DNA of 64,000 bases from Octopus vulgaris (lineage: Eukaryota), in NCBI GenBank assembly GCA_951406725.2, contig OX597822.1, positions 56,048,001-56,112,000 of the forward strand, written 5' to 3'. The stretch's first letter is position 1. Every line of letters begins with the position of its first letter. A model generated the notes under the pieces. The model saw only the letters and a program-made list of their open reading frames with translations, made no database searches and had not been told where the DNA came from. Shown piece after piece: positions 27,470 through 41,144 of the stretch. A program made the translations under genes and the position numbers.

Positions 27470-27950
27470 CAAATGTTTACCTCACTTCTAGATTCAAAAT
27501 TTCATAGTACACGATTTCTAACACTGATATAGAGATAATATTCCTGAAATGGTTTTGTTAGTCCATGCAGGTTGTGGCTAATGCGAACTGAAATTGAAAC
27601 CCTGTCATCTCCTAAAATACTAATCTCTCGTGATCACAGTCTGTTTCAAAACATGTACGAAAGGTATAGACTCACCGAATCATTTCCCTCGGCACCATCG
27701 TAGGTACCCATGCTAGCATCATTTGCGAAAGAAGATAAAGCAAGTGGCTTGTAGTTATTAGTGTAACAGTTGTAGAACAAAATATTTAACCAAATAATTA
27801 TCAAATTGGTTATATTTACTCCAAATGAGGCTTGATCGACAGAAGAATAATCTTAGATTGTTGAAGAATAATTCATTGATGCATTAAAATAATTTGATAT
27901 GATTTCATTGAAGATTAGAAGTTTCGGTCTTTCGTTTTTCACTATTGATG
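27470..27950 (-). pseudogene. Highly degenerate PLE reverse transcriptase fragment
   Basis: Minus strand near 27720-27665 reads DASMGTYDGAEG..SVSLYL, the same motif as at 21000-21050. Confidence 0.5.
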
Positions 27951-28123
27951 GAAAGGTTACTAGATTTACAAGTTACTAGCTTTATCAACATCGTGATCAT
28001 TTATATGATATATAATTGTTATTTATACATACATATGCATATTCATTCACACACACATTCATACCCGTACCTTCACATACATATATATGTATATATATAT
28101 ATACTTATATATATATATATATA

Positions 28124-28361
28124 CTTTATTTAAAGCAGCAGAAAATTCAACAAAATCTGTTATTCTGAGTTTCTCGTTGCCGTTCATCAGACAGATTTTG
28201 CTAGAAAAATTCTAGCAAAAACTGTCTGATGAACGGCAACGAGAAACTCAGAGTAACAGATTTTGTTGAATTTTCTGCTGCTTTAAATAAAGCATATTAC
28301 TCTACCACTGGTATTTGAGTACTCTTTTTTCCACCTTGTTTCACATTTATGTGTTTACTCT

Positions 28362-28363
<2 letters not shown>
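28124..28363. mobile_element. Near-perfect hairpin element with HHR, within (TA)n
   Basis: 28124-28205 is the reverse complement of 28211-28292 with about two mismatches; ~70 nt unpaired tail. Confidence 0.85.
28222..28259 (+). ncRNA. Minimal type I hammerhead ribozyme, core intact
   Basis: CTGT-CTGATGA-aCG GCAA CGa-GAAACTC-A-GAGTA-ACAG: helix I CTGT/ACAG, GNRA-capped helix II, GUA cleavage triplet. Confidence 0.8.
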
Positions 28364-28439
<76 letters not shown>

Positions 28440-28954
28440 TTTATATAAAAATGCGTGTATGTACATATCATTTGTATAATCGTAAACGTGTGTGTGCGTG
28501 TGCACTGCATGTTTATGCTTATATGCATGCTCTTCATACACACTTTTACTACTTGTACTCGTCACTAGGCTTCGGTCGTACCGAAATAGAGCAGTGAATG
28601 CTATCTACTACATTGTCCAGTACTCACTTTATCCATCGTTATAGATCTACTCACTTTAAGATATATGGGCGTAACACAATGAAACAGCTTATCTAAATAT
28701 CAGGGTGACTATTCGGCATATAACGAAAATATGCATCCGTTATACACATACATACACGCATACAGTCATCTGTACACATATATACATATAAGAGCATATG
28801 TATGCGTGCATGTGTTTGTGTATGTGTACGCTTTTAGAGGTAATAATTTTGAGACGGTGTACTCAGTACAAGCGTAAGATGACGCAGCTCATATGAGCTG
28901 ATCTAAAGGACTACGTTTTATATAAATGTGTGTGTGTGTGTATCTCTATATATT

Positions 28955-29140
28955 CTTTTATTCTTTTACTTGTTCCAGTCAATTACTGCGTCCATGTTGG
29001 AGCACCGCCTTTAGTCGAACAAATAGACTAGTACTTATTCTAGCAGTCTCTGTTGCCGAACCAACCGCTAGCTTACAGGATCGTAAACTCACCAACATCG
29101 GTTGTCAAGTGATGGCGGAAGGACAAACACAGATGCACAA
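28955..29140 (-). mobile_element. SINE family A, 3' half
   Basis: Reverse complement of the SINE A tail region. Confidence 0.75.
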
Positions 29141-29152
29141 ATATTCACACAC

Positions 29153-29224
<72 letters not shown>

Positions 29225-29760
29225 AGGTTGCTTTTTATTTTCTATCTTTTATCAACCACTTCCTACATCTCTAACTCTGAATTCGCACTATCTTTTCTAC
29301 CTTACCATTGACATTTGGGAATCGACTATTACCAACACACTAATAGTGACAGCATCATCCAGATACACCTCTGAGCGAAATGCACATTTTATAACTTAGT
29401 GGCCAATTATATCCCCTTATGAGGTTTCTTCAGCACTGTGAGGTGCATTCGATTTCATTACATCGTGCCGCACCCACTAGGCAGCAGAACATATGTACGA
29501 TGAGACGATAGTGGTGATAAAGTTTCCAATACACTCTGTCTTCCATATCGATCATTTAGAACACACTCAACATGTAACGAGGAATTCCTAACAACCAAAA
29601 CCATTTACCATGAATGACGTCTGGTAGCCGTAAGTGATGAACGTGCACTGCCGGCACACTACAAGGGACATTCCCCAAAATAAAGTTTAAATGTGAAATT
29701 GTAAAATTTCATATCTAAACTTTAATTTTAATTATAGCATTTATACATACATGCATGCAT

Positions 29761-29842
<82 letters not shown>

Positions 29843-29959
29843 GTCACTATTAGTGTGTTGGTAATAGTCGATTCCCAAATGTCAATGGTAAGGTAGAAAA
29901 GATAGTGCGAATTCAGAGTTAGAGAGGTAGGAAGTGGTTGATAAAAGATAGAAAATAAA

Positions 29960-30440
29960 AAGCAACCTAGATATAACTTAGATATGTTTCGACCAAAGAT
30001 TTGTCCAATCCATGACTAAATTAATAGCACCACCTGATAGGACTAACGAAATCCTTTCTTAGTCAAGTTTTGTGGTATCATCGATCTCTTGTTGAATGAG
30101 TTGTATCCAAGTATAGGTCGCTTATCTAGAATTCCTCGAAGAAATTTGTCCAGATTCTGTTTAAAAGTGATGGAATCTTTTTCCTCTTTGATCTGGTTCG
30201 GGAAATGTTAGATAGGGCAGGGCCTGTTGAGGAAAAGAAACTGTATTTATGTGTCGTGATTCTGAATTGGGTAGGAATCATATGGCCTGTGGTCCTAGTC
30301 TTCGATGAATTTTGAAGCTAATGTTGAGGTCGTTTGGGCAATGCTGGTGGATAATTCTCCACATTGTGCAAATGATGTATCGCTCAGGGCGGCGCTGGGG
30401 AGATCAGAGTTTCAATGCTTTAAGGCGGTGCTTTTATACT
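29960..30440 (-). mobile_element. CR1/L2-like LINE 3' fragment
   Basis: RLKALKL..QRRPERYIICTMWRII...GPAL...FKQNLDKFLRGILD, homologous to the C-terminus of ORF 57932-59053. Confidence 0.75.
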
Positions 30441-30474
30441 TGATTTGCATGATTCTTGATGTGGACTCGTATAT

Positions 30475-30697
30475 TCTCTCTTTTACTCTTTTACTTGTTT
30501 CAGTCATTTGACTGCGGCCATGCTAGAGCACCGCCTTTTCGTCGAGCAAATCGACCCCAGGACTTATTCTTTGTAAGCCTAGTACTTATTCTATCGGTCT
30601 CTTTTGCCGAACCGCTAAGTAACGGGGACGTAAACATACCAGCATCGGTTGTCAAGCGTTGTTGGGGGGGGGGACAATCACAGACACACAAATGCAC

Positions 30698-30791
<94 letters not shown>

Positions 30792-30954
30792 GACAGGCTT
30801 CTTTCAGTTTCCGTCTACCAAATCCACTCACAAGGCTTTAGTCGGCCCGAGGCTATAGTAGAAGACACTTTCCCAAGGTGCCACGCAGTGGGGCTGAACC
30901 CGGAACCGTGTGGCTGGTCAGCAAGCTACTTACCACATAGCCACTCCTGCGCCT
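30475..30954 (-). mobile_element. SINE family A, full length
   Basis: Reverse complement of 1557-1999 with high identity. Confidence 0.92.
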
Positions 30955-31186
30955 ATATTGAAACATATTTTCTACCCCGAGAGAGTCATTATGCCAATGG
31001 AGCACACACTAGTCTATTTTACTTGTGAAACAGAAATATAACCAAAGCGTGTGATTATAACGGGTGTAATGTCACTCCAGAGACATCAATATATATATGT
31101 ATGTATATATCTGTGTGTGCATGCATATATATGTGGGTGTATACAAATACACATATGCGTTATGCATATATGGATATGTGCATGGG

Positions 31187-31250
<64 letters not shown>

Positions 31251-31357
31251 CCTGCTCGCTTAGCCAGCGGGGTGGTGTCATTCGAAGGCTAAAACAATGT
31301 GAAGCGCATTGTGAACAGCGATGTGTAACAACATCTGATGGTCTGGTCGGTCATGTG

Positions 31358-31413
<56 letters not shown>

Positions 31414-31780
31414 TGAATATATGTATATATAATATTATCAGATCTTTTTACGATACTTTATATGTACGTGTTTTAAATTGTGGAAAATGCCCAAATCCAT
31501 TTCCAAACAAGATCATATAACAGCCCCTATCTTGTCACCTCATAACTAATTTTTGCTTTATTCCTAATAAGACCAACAGCATAATAACGCCATTCTCTGC
31601 TTAATTACTTGGTAATATAATATTCTAATTGACTTCCATTTCAATTAATTTAATCATCTTCCATGTAAGTGATCGCATGCAGCCATGCGCCCTTCCAAAA
31701 TCTTTCTGTTGAAACACTAAATTTTTTTGTTTTTTTTAACTTAGATTTCTTATGCTATTAATAAGCGTTTATATAACTTA

Positions 31781-32115
31781 GTGGCTCAGTGGTTAGAGCG
31801 TCGAGCTTACGATCGTGAGGTTGTGAGCTCGAATCCCGGACCGGACTGCATGTTGTGTTCCTGAGCAAGACACTTTATTTCACGTTGCACCAGTTCACTC
31901 AGCTGTAGAAATGAGTTGCGATGTCACAGGTGCCAAGCTGTATCGGCCCCTTTGCCTTTCCCTTGGACAACATCGGTGACGTGGAGAGGGGAGGCCGGTA
32001 TGCATGGGCGACTGCTAGTCTTCCATAAAACAACCTTGCCCAGACTTGTGCCTCAGAGGGTAACTCTCTAGGTGCAAACCCATGTCAGTGTCTAACCGAA
32101 GGGGGTCATTTTTTT
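31781..32115 (+). mobile_element. SINE family B with 13 bp target-site duplication
   Basis: TGGCTCAGTGG A-box and GCTCGAATCC B-box; TTTATATAACTTA at 31768-31780 and 32116-32128. Confidence 0.9.
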
Positions 32116-32755
32116 TTTATATAACTTAATTAATAATTCAACTAAATCCTTTGACAGGTCTTTATTCAAGTTTAATTTATGATCAGCTATAACGTTTCGT
32201 TTCCGATACAAAGGAACGTTTCCCTCTTATCCGCGATTACATTCTTCATCTTTAGTCCAACAGCTTTGTTCACGAATAGGCGTTAATCATATATACAGCC
32301 AATATTATTTGAATGTCCTGTTTTGTTCCATATTTAACTAGCTATCCACATGTTTAACGTCATGCCCTTATATAAACATCATTATTTTCCCTCTCTTTCA
32401 GTTTCTGCTTCTCTTTACCCTTTTTCTTTCTACATCACAATTTTTTATTTATCGCACTCTTAAGACGCCATTTCTGTTTACTTTTGCGAGCTTCTCCGAC
32501 ATATTGCCATACTGTTTATTTATCATTCATTTTCTTGTTTCGTATTAATACTTATATAGGAATCCACTGCTTTATAATATATATTCATTGATACGTTTGA
32601 GGAGATACAGAAATATATAAAAACAACTGTACTGTTGTCAGGTTCTACATAGTTAATAAAAGTGACATTGTCTCTTCTTCGTTGAGTGATGTCCTACCTG
32701 CGATTTTCAATCAATATTTATATACCTGCACGTACATACTTAAACAAATACAAAC

Positions 32756-32797
<42 letters not shown>

Positions 32798-32801
<4 letters not shown>

Positions 32802-33833
32802 AACTAAAGTTATTGAACAAACAAATGCAAGGTCATCCGCATATCATTTCATAATTCGAACATTTAATCATAGAATATACATATAAACACCCCGCAAAAT
32901 GGAACATAATTCATCTGTACAAGCATACAAGCATATAATAATAATAAGGTGCGAAAAAAAATTTTTTTCATCACAGTTTAGAGTGAATACTTAAGCGATT
33001 CAGAAAAATACATTTAAAAAAAAAAAACATTACAACACCTAGAAAGTAAAAATATAATATAATATATAAAAATATATAGGTATATAAAAATATATAAAAT
33101 ATATATATATATATACATATAGGAGCATATAAAAAATATATAATATATATCATGTAAATAAAATAAAAGTTCATCGTTGGCTTGGTACGCGATGAGGTCT
33201 ATCTTTATGTATATATATATTTTTCCCCTGACGGAGGAGGTATTATCTGGATGCACCCTAGTGCTTTAAACATAATACACCCCTGAAATGGCCATAGGGA
33301 TAAGTAAATATGGTTCCCTTTTTAACTATAAGGCTTCTTTTACTTGAATAATTATTTAATAAGATTTCTAAACGATGAACTTTTATTTTATTTACATGAT
33401 ATATATTATATATTTTTTATAATTCTCCTATATGTATATATATATATATATTTTATATATTTTTATATACCTATATATTTTTATATATATTATATTTCTA
33501 CTTTCTAGGTGTTGTAATATTTTTTTTTAAATGTATTTTTCTGAATCGTTAAAGTATTAACTCTAAACTGTGATGAAAAAATTTTTTTGTCGCACCTTAT
33601 TATTATTATTATATGCTTGTATGCTTGTACAGATGAATTATGTTCCATCTTGCGGGATGTTTATATGTATATTCTATGATTAAATGTTCGAATTATGAAA
33701 TGATATGCGGACGACCTTGCATTTGTTTGTTCAATAACTTTAGTTTGATATTTTTGTCTCTTTCAATAGAGCACTTCTATAGCAGTCCTATTAATCTTTT
33801 TGTTCCTGACAAGAAACAATCACTGTATTATTG

Positions 33834-33835
<2 letters not shown>
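32798..33835. mobile_element. Large stem-loop element: ~380 bp inverted arms, HHR-like motif in the loop
   Basis: 32798-33178 vs 33371-33751 with scattered mismatches; (TA)n on both flanks. Confidence 0.85.
33224..33300 (+). ncRNA. Type I hammerhead-like motif (core CTGACGG)
   Basis: TCCC-CTGACGG-AGGAGGTATTAT...ATAATACACCCCT-GAAAT-GGCC-ATA-GGGA; all three helices can be drawn. Confidence 0.7.
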
Positions 33836-33906
<71 letters not shown>

Positions 33907-34088
33907 TTGGTAACGGAAACATAAAAACAGAACTCAAAATGTTAGTATATATATTTTCTGTATTTAATCGGCAGAAAAGTTCGACAGTTTCATGCATGGC
34001 ATTTATGAATATATAAGCTTATAAACACGTAGAGATATATATGTACACACATGTACACATACATATAGGAACACATACATATAGATAA

Positions 34089-34297
34089 TTCAGCTGTAGA
34101 AACGAGTTGCGACATCACTGGTGCCAAGCTGTATCGGCCTTTGCCTTTCCCGTGGATAATATCAGTGGTGTTGAGCGGGGAGGCTGGTAATAATGGGGAC
34201 TGCTGGCCTTCTACAAACGACCTTGCCCGGACTTGTGCCTCGTAGGATAAATTTTAGGTGCAATTCCATGGTCATTCATGACCAAAGGGGGTCTCCT
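34089..34297 (+). mobile_element. SINE family B, 5'-truncated
   Basis: Matches 31898-32107. Confidence 0.8.
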
Positions 34298-34448
34298 CCT
34301 TAATATATATATATATATATATATATGTAGGTCCCGGGTTGATTCGGGGTTAACCACAGTAAGTAAGGTACTCAATACATAGCAGAGTAAAATTAATTTA
34401 TTATATAGAAGGAGCTTCTACAGGACTAGTACTGTTTCATTCAAGAGA

Positions 34449-34479
<31 letters not shown>

Positions 34480-34811
34480 GCTTGTATGTGTGTGTGTGTG
34501 TATATGTGTATATGTGTTTGTATGTATATGTGTATATATGTATATGCATATGTATGTGTAAATGTATGTGTTTATGTATGTGTATGTATGTATAAAATAT
34601 TATATAATTAGGGCTTAGTAAAATAAAATAAATTACTTTGCCACATACTAAACTTTCTAGAAATAGCAGCCAATAAAGTTTTTTAGCCTCTTCCACTACT
34701 TAGAGAATTTTTTTCCCTCTAACATTGTTTACTCAAAATAATAATGGTCCCTTTACATACTGAACACTTGATGAAATTGATTAATAACTAATTAACTTTA
34801 CCCTCCCTTGT

Positions 34812-35397
34812 TGATATATATATATATGTATATGTGTACATGTATGTATATATATGTGTGTGTGTATGTGTGTATGTATGTATTTGTATATGTGTGTGTG
34901 TATATGTATGTGTGCGCGTGTGTGTGTATGTATGTGTATGTATACTTGTATATGTATATGCATGAATGTATATATATGTGTGTGTATATGTGTATTATGT
35001 ATGTATTTATATAGATATGTAATTTATATATATATATGTATGTATATGCATCTGTCTGTGTGTGTGTATGTGTATATATGTGTATCATTATTGCGTATGT
35101 ATACATGTATATGTGTATATGTATGTGTGTGTGTGTGTGTATATGTATATATATATATATAGGTATATATATATGTATATATATATATATGCATGCGTAT
35201 GTGTATGTACATGTATATATGTGTGTGTGTATATGTATATATGTTTATATATGTGAGTATGTAGTGATATAAGTATATGCATGTGTATATGTGTGTGTGT
35301 GTATATATATATATATATGTATGAGTATGTGTATCAGTGTATATGTATATATGTATGTGTGTGTGTATGTATATGTATGTATATGTGTATATATGTA

Positions 35398-35428
<31 letters not shown>

Positions 35429-35467
35429 GTGTATATATGTGTATGTATGTGTATGTGTATGTATGTG

Positions 35468-35525
<58 letters not shown>

Positions 35526-36005
35526 TGCGTGTGTGTATGTATGCATATATGTATGTATGCATGTATATGTGTATGTATATATATGTGTGTAAGTGTGTGC
35601 ATATATGTATATGTAAGTATGTGTGCGCGTATGAGTATGTATGTATGCTTGCACACGTGTATATATATGTGTGTGTGTGTATATATATGGATGCGCGTGC
35701 GTGTGTGCACGTGTATGGGTACGCATGTATATGTGTATGTGCGTGTATGTGTATACGTGTATGTATGTATGTGTGTGCGTAGATTTGTATATGTATGTGT
35801 GAGTGTATATATATATATATATATATATATAGATGGGTGTGTGTATGCGTATAAATGCATGTAAGTATGGATGTATGTATGTATGTATGTATGTATGTAT
35901 ACGTATGTATGTGTGTATGTGTGTATGTATATATATGTGTGTATATATGTTTGTGTATGTATATATATGTGTATGTATGTGTGTGTATATGTATGTGTGT
36001 ATGTG

Positions 36006-36059
<54 letters not shown>

Positions 36060-36452
36060 TATGTATCTGTATGTAGGAGTATATATGTGTGTGTGTGTAT
36101 GTATGTGTGTGTATATATATATATATGTATATTTATTGGTGTATATGTATAGACTAGCCTCCTAAAGTGTAGACACGAATCTGTAGGTACGAGTACGTAT
36201 GTGTATATACGTGAACGTATGTAGATGTTTGTATGTATGAATATAACGCGTGCGTACGTGTATGTGTATGAGTGTACGAATGGGTGAATGTACGTGCTAA
36301 TGAGTGTGCGTGCGGGAATGAGTACTTGCCTTCTAGTAGACAGACAAATGGACATGCAGCCATAGCCAGGATTCTTAGCTCTAGCGATCAAAGATAACAA
36401 AAGTAATAAATGAAGATAATAAAATTAAAATTAGGGAATGGGCCTGTATTGG

Positions 36453-36489
<37 letters not shown>

Positions 36490-36600
36490 ATGTATGTATG
36501 TGTGTATGTGTAGGTATGTATAGGTACACATGTGTATGTGTATGTGTATGTATATGTGTGTATGTATGTATGTGCACACATGTATATATATGTATGCGTG

Positions 36601-36631
<31 letters not shown>

Positions 36632-36933
36632 GTACATAGGTGTATGTGGGTGTATGTATATATAGGTGTAAATATGTGTACATAGGGAACTAGGTGTGTT
36701 GTGTGTGCATGAGTGTATGTGCGTATGAATATATATTTTTCTGTGTATATATGTATGTGTGGTCGTGGGTATATATATATATATACATGTGTGTATGCGT
36801 GCATGCATGGGAGTGAGTGTATGCATATATACGTGTGTGTATGTGTAGACAGGTATAGGCATGTGCATGTGTATAAATTTGTATATGTGGGCGGGTGTAT
36901 GTATGTGTGTATGTAGATATGTATGTATGTGTG

Positions 36934-36986
<53 letters not shown>

Positions 36987-37040
36987 GTGTATATATATGT
37001 GTGTGTAGATACGTATACATGTGTGTATAGGTATAAGTGA
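34812..37040. repeat. ~2.2 kb degenerate (TA/TG) alternating low-complexity array
   Basis: Directly visible; short less repetitive island at ~36150-36455. Confidence 0.9.
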
Positions 37041-37300
37041 GAATCTCCTTATTTACCTATAACTCTATCCCCCCTTTTTTTATATATATATTTTTATATA
37101 TATATATTTTTTATATATATTTTTTATTTGTTTATTTTTTTATTTTTTTATTTATCTATTCTTTCATCTAACTTACCACTGACTCCTTGACCACTCCCCC
37201 AAGTATGATATTTTGCGCTATGCCTACCCCCAAAAGTCCCCCACCACCACTCCTTTAAACCTGCCTAAATGTATAAATGCTAATACAATTCTTGTTAAAT

Positions 37301-37351
37301 AGCTTCCTGAAGATTTCTCTTGAATGAAACAGTACTAGTCCTGTAGAAGCT
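37301..37351 (+). ncRNA. Type I hammerhead ribozyme, core intact
   Basis: AGCTTC-CTGAAGA-tTTC tctt GAAt-GAAACAG-tactagtc-CTGTA-GAAGCT: 6 bp helix I, 4 bp helix III, GUA triplet. Confidence 0.82.
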
Positions 37352-37367
37352 CCTTCTATATAATAAA

Positions 37368-37399
<32 letters not shown>

Positions 37400-37800
37400 A
37401 CCAGACGCATGAAATACGGTCAGGTCAGGTCATGTAGCAAGAATGGAAGAGTCAAGGGTCCTACACCAAGTCTCATTCAGTGAGCTCACTTCAGGAAGAA
37501 GACCAAGAGTTGCGTGCTTGAAACATAAAAGGAGCAATTCAAATCAACAGTGAAAGCCATTGGAATTGAGCCTAAATTTGTTGAAACACAAGCCCGAGAT
37601 TGTACCAAGTGGCAGTGTTCCATCACTATCAGAACCGAAAATTTCGAAGCCATCAGAAGCGAAAAGGAAGCGATCAAAAGACAAAAGGAAAAGGCTCGAG
37701 AAAATCAACGTCGTCCTCCAATGCCATGGACACTTCTATGCAAGAATTGATTTACAGAGTCATCAACGGCATCACCATAAAGGAAGCGTTCAGAAAAGAA
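37400..37800 (+). pseudogene. RTE-clade LINE C-terminal fragment
   Basis: GHVARMEESR then KEQFKSTVKAIGIEPKFVETQARDCTKW..FEAIRSEKEAIKRQK, typical of the RTE/BovB ORF end. Confidence 0.65.
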
Positions 37801-38476
37801 GTAATTAATTTCTCGGATACGAGATAAAGCCAACGATGGCACATACATAATTATATATGCATGCACATATGCACACATGCATGCAGACATACATACATAC
37901 ATACATACATACATACATACATACATACATCCTGTTATTGAATACATAGACAGTCATTAACACGAGGAATATTGGTGGAGTATTCCCTTTAAAACAGCTG
38001 TAAAATGTAAACATAACAAGCCGAATATTGTTGTTTGCAACAGACACGAATCAGTATGTACCCTCGTTAAATCCAGCTGACCTGCTGATATGAGTATCAA
38101 AGCGAAACCAAAGCGAAAGAGTCTTGCTTTGAAACCTCTATCTTCCCCATAGGAGGATTTCAGATAGTTAAAAATAGAAGAAAGCATAAGTAGATTAAAG
38201 CGAATGTGAAATAATTGTTAAAGCACAAAGATGTTTTCTCTTTATTGTTATGGAAAATAATAATCAAACAGAAGAGAACAGAACCTATCTGAATATTGTT
38301 CTATCAAAAAGGAATAGTCGCCAAGAGAACAGCAGTGGCATATGCGATGTTTCTAGAAGTGACATTCGCAGCTGTTTGTCAATGATGCTGAATGACAAAT
38401 ATGAAATATAAGGAACTGGTCTTTGCAAATGTCAGCGCTATTGGAATATTCTTTGTTTTGCTCCCTCTTACTCAGC

Positions 38477-38770
38477 TCTCTCTCTCTTTCTCTCTCTTTT
38501 ACACACACACACACTCTCTCTCTCTCTTTTACACACACACACACACACTCTCTCTCTCTCTTTTACACACACACACACACACTCTCTCTCTTTCTTTTAC
38601 ACACACACACACACTCTCTCTCTCTCTTTTACACACACACACTCTCTCTCTCTCTTTCTCTCTCTTTCAGACACATACTCTCTCTTTCTTTCTCTCTCTC
38701 TTTCTCTCTACCTCGCGCTCTCCCATCCTTCTCTTTCTCTCTCACACATACACCCCCCCCACACACACGT
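38477..38770. repeat. Higher-order microsatellite: repeated (CT)n-TTTT-(AC)n units of ~30 bp
   Basis: About five consecutive units visible. Confidence 0.85.
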
Positions 38771-38849
38771 ATCAATTCTATCGAGAAAATAATTAAGAGG
38801 TAAAGTTGTCTCAGGCAGTATTTCAAATTCAGAGAATAGGAAGTACATA

Positions 38850-39003
38850 TTAGTTTCAAAATTTGGTACAAGGCCAGCAATCTCAGCAGAATGGGTAAGC
38901 CAATTAAATCGACCCCAGTACTCAAATTCTATTTATTTTATTCACTTCAAGAGAACGAAAGGCAAAGTCGGCTTCTGCGAAATTTGAACCCAGCTCACCA
39001 CCT
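38850..39003 (-). mobile_element. SINE family C, internally deleted
   Basis: Reverse complement similarity to 10202-10420. Confidence 0.6.
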
Positions 39004-39769
39004 TAATGGAAACTTAGGTATTCGATTCGACATTTCTACATGATCAAAGATATTGATAGCAATTTCATTTCCAGCTGATTCGCGAAGATACTTTGTCCAC
39101 TATGTCACAATGTATCCACTATAACTGCTGTAACATGTTACATATTTCAGAAAATAGGCATTCCTTTATTGTTACTGGTTCCATTTACCGAACTCTGACC
39201 ATGCCAGAGCATCACATTTAAGGGTTTAACGACTAAATCAGTGGTTCCCAATATGGACAGTTCCAAGGGCGTGTTGAAAAGTGGGGCGATAATGGGGTAG
39301 TGATTAATGTAAAAACAACAAAATAATGCGTTCATTAGGTTACGTTTTATTTGTGAAATGCAGCTGCTTTGAATTTGCTTCAGAAATAAGTCTACGTTTT
39401 TGACGGTTAGTTGGGGCTTACAGTTACTTGGGATGGGAGTTACAATAAAATATGTTTCAACGAACATTCTCCAATTAAGAATTTTGCATACCAAATATAG
39501 TAATGAAACTTACTTCATTTCAATAAAATTCAATGACGAAATGGATTAAGTAGCAGTGCTAGTGTTGTTTTTGTTGTTGTTTTTGAAGGCGAACATCCCG
39601 TTGATTTTGTACATTTGTAATATGTCCTTCTTTAATTTAAAATACGTGTGCTTTTTAAGAAAATGTAGCTTCTATTTGTAGCAAGTTGATCAATCACATA
39701 AACACCTTCCGTTAATGGTTTCACTTTTTATTCTATATTGTGGTCGAACAAAGAACCTAGAGAAGGTAT

Positions 39770-40270
39770 GAGTTTTACACTACCCCAGCCTGGTGAGTCC
39801 ATTTAGCCGCCTATGTCTCCATATATATGGCTTCTTCATCTTTCTTGAGTATACCTACGTATGCTTCTGTCGGCTGCTCTTTCCTTCGGTGTCTCTGGCA
39901 GTTGTTAACCAAGTTCATTCTTCTAGCAACTATTTTTTCACACTGCCCTGGTAACTACCTTTACCGATGATTATTATTAATGTGCTCATTCTCCCTGATG
40001 TTAAGTACTACACGCAGTATTTTGATGTAACACACAGCCAGAGACTTATTCAGACTAAGCTTCAGGATGTAGTAACATTCATTTTGTTATAGTAGGTCCA
40101 ATTTAACAGCCATGTTTAAAAAAAAAGCCGAGCTTGATATTTAGGGTTATGTTAGACTTCCGCATTGAGGTCATACTGCACAGAGCAAGCGACATTCTAT
40201 CAGGACTCTACTCAAGAGCGGTCGTGCTTGCTCAACACGGTTAGACGAAAAGTTGTCATTCTGAATTATA
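39770..40270 (-). pseudogene. Degenerate RTE-like LINE 3' fragment
   Basis: Frameshifted LLY...LRVVLNI..NEHI...LPGQCEKIVARRMNL..CQRH, resembling LLYG..WTL..RMLR..LNISW..H..RRLxLAGHCxRH. Confidence 0.5.
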
Positions 40271-41092
40271 AATATTACAGGTGTGCCTGCATGTACTTTT
40301 ATAATTATAAATATATAAATATAAATAATTATACAAACACACACACACACACATGTATACAAACGTATATATATGTATTTTTGGATCGGTGAATTTTGAG
40401 GCAGATAAATCTAAAAACAATCTATAAATATTGCGTTAAAATACTTTGGATAGAAAACTTCGAAGTTGTATAAACAGGTGGAACCAATGGATATATCGCT
40501 AAGGACATGGTAATGAAGGGGGAACATATTCGATGATTAGAGCTCGATAGAATCGCAACCAAATTAATGCGTTGTGGTCTGCTTTTAATTTCTGCTAAAA
40601 TATACTTCGTGAAGGGTGAACAGGATGAGAAATTTTCCTTTTGGTGTTTGAACCACCAGAACTATATAAACACTTGGATTCGCAAACATATAAACACTGA
40701 CAACCCTCCAATATCTCAACTTCTACTATCATTCCATTTAGATGGGCACGGTTTGTTTCTTTGTGTCTTTTGTGTTGATGTACGAAATTTTTGCCTCTTG
40801 TAAGAGCCTGGCTGTAATTACTGTTCAGTGAATAATCATACCTTTATCGCTCTCTGTGTTTCTAAAACAGCGTGTGCTCATATAAACTTCACATACATAA
40901 TTGCTAAGACACCACGTTGGCATTAACAGCTTGAGAAATTGTAAAAAAATATATTCAATATTCCGGTCAGGAATCTCAGGTACTAAATTTAACATGGTTT
41001 TGTGTGATTTTTATAAATAATACTTTTACTCTCTTAACTTATAGAGTGCTCTACTACTTGTTGAACTTCACAACACGCGTATACGTGTGTGT

Positions 41093-41144
<52 letters not shown>

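Noticed and set aside
27660-27740. Minus-strand exon with GTGAGT donor
   Set aside because: Sequence translates to a PLE reverse transcriptase motif (MGTYDGAE).
35024-36400. 458 aa ORF and the many YI/HT/CV-repeat ORFs across the window
   Set aside because: Translations of TA/TG/CA microsatellites that lack stops; no protein features.
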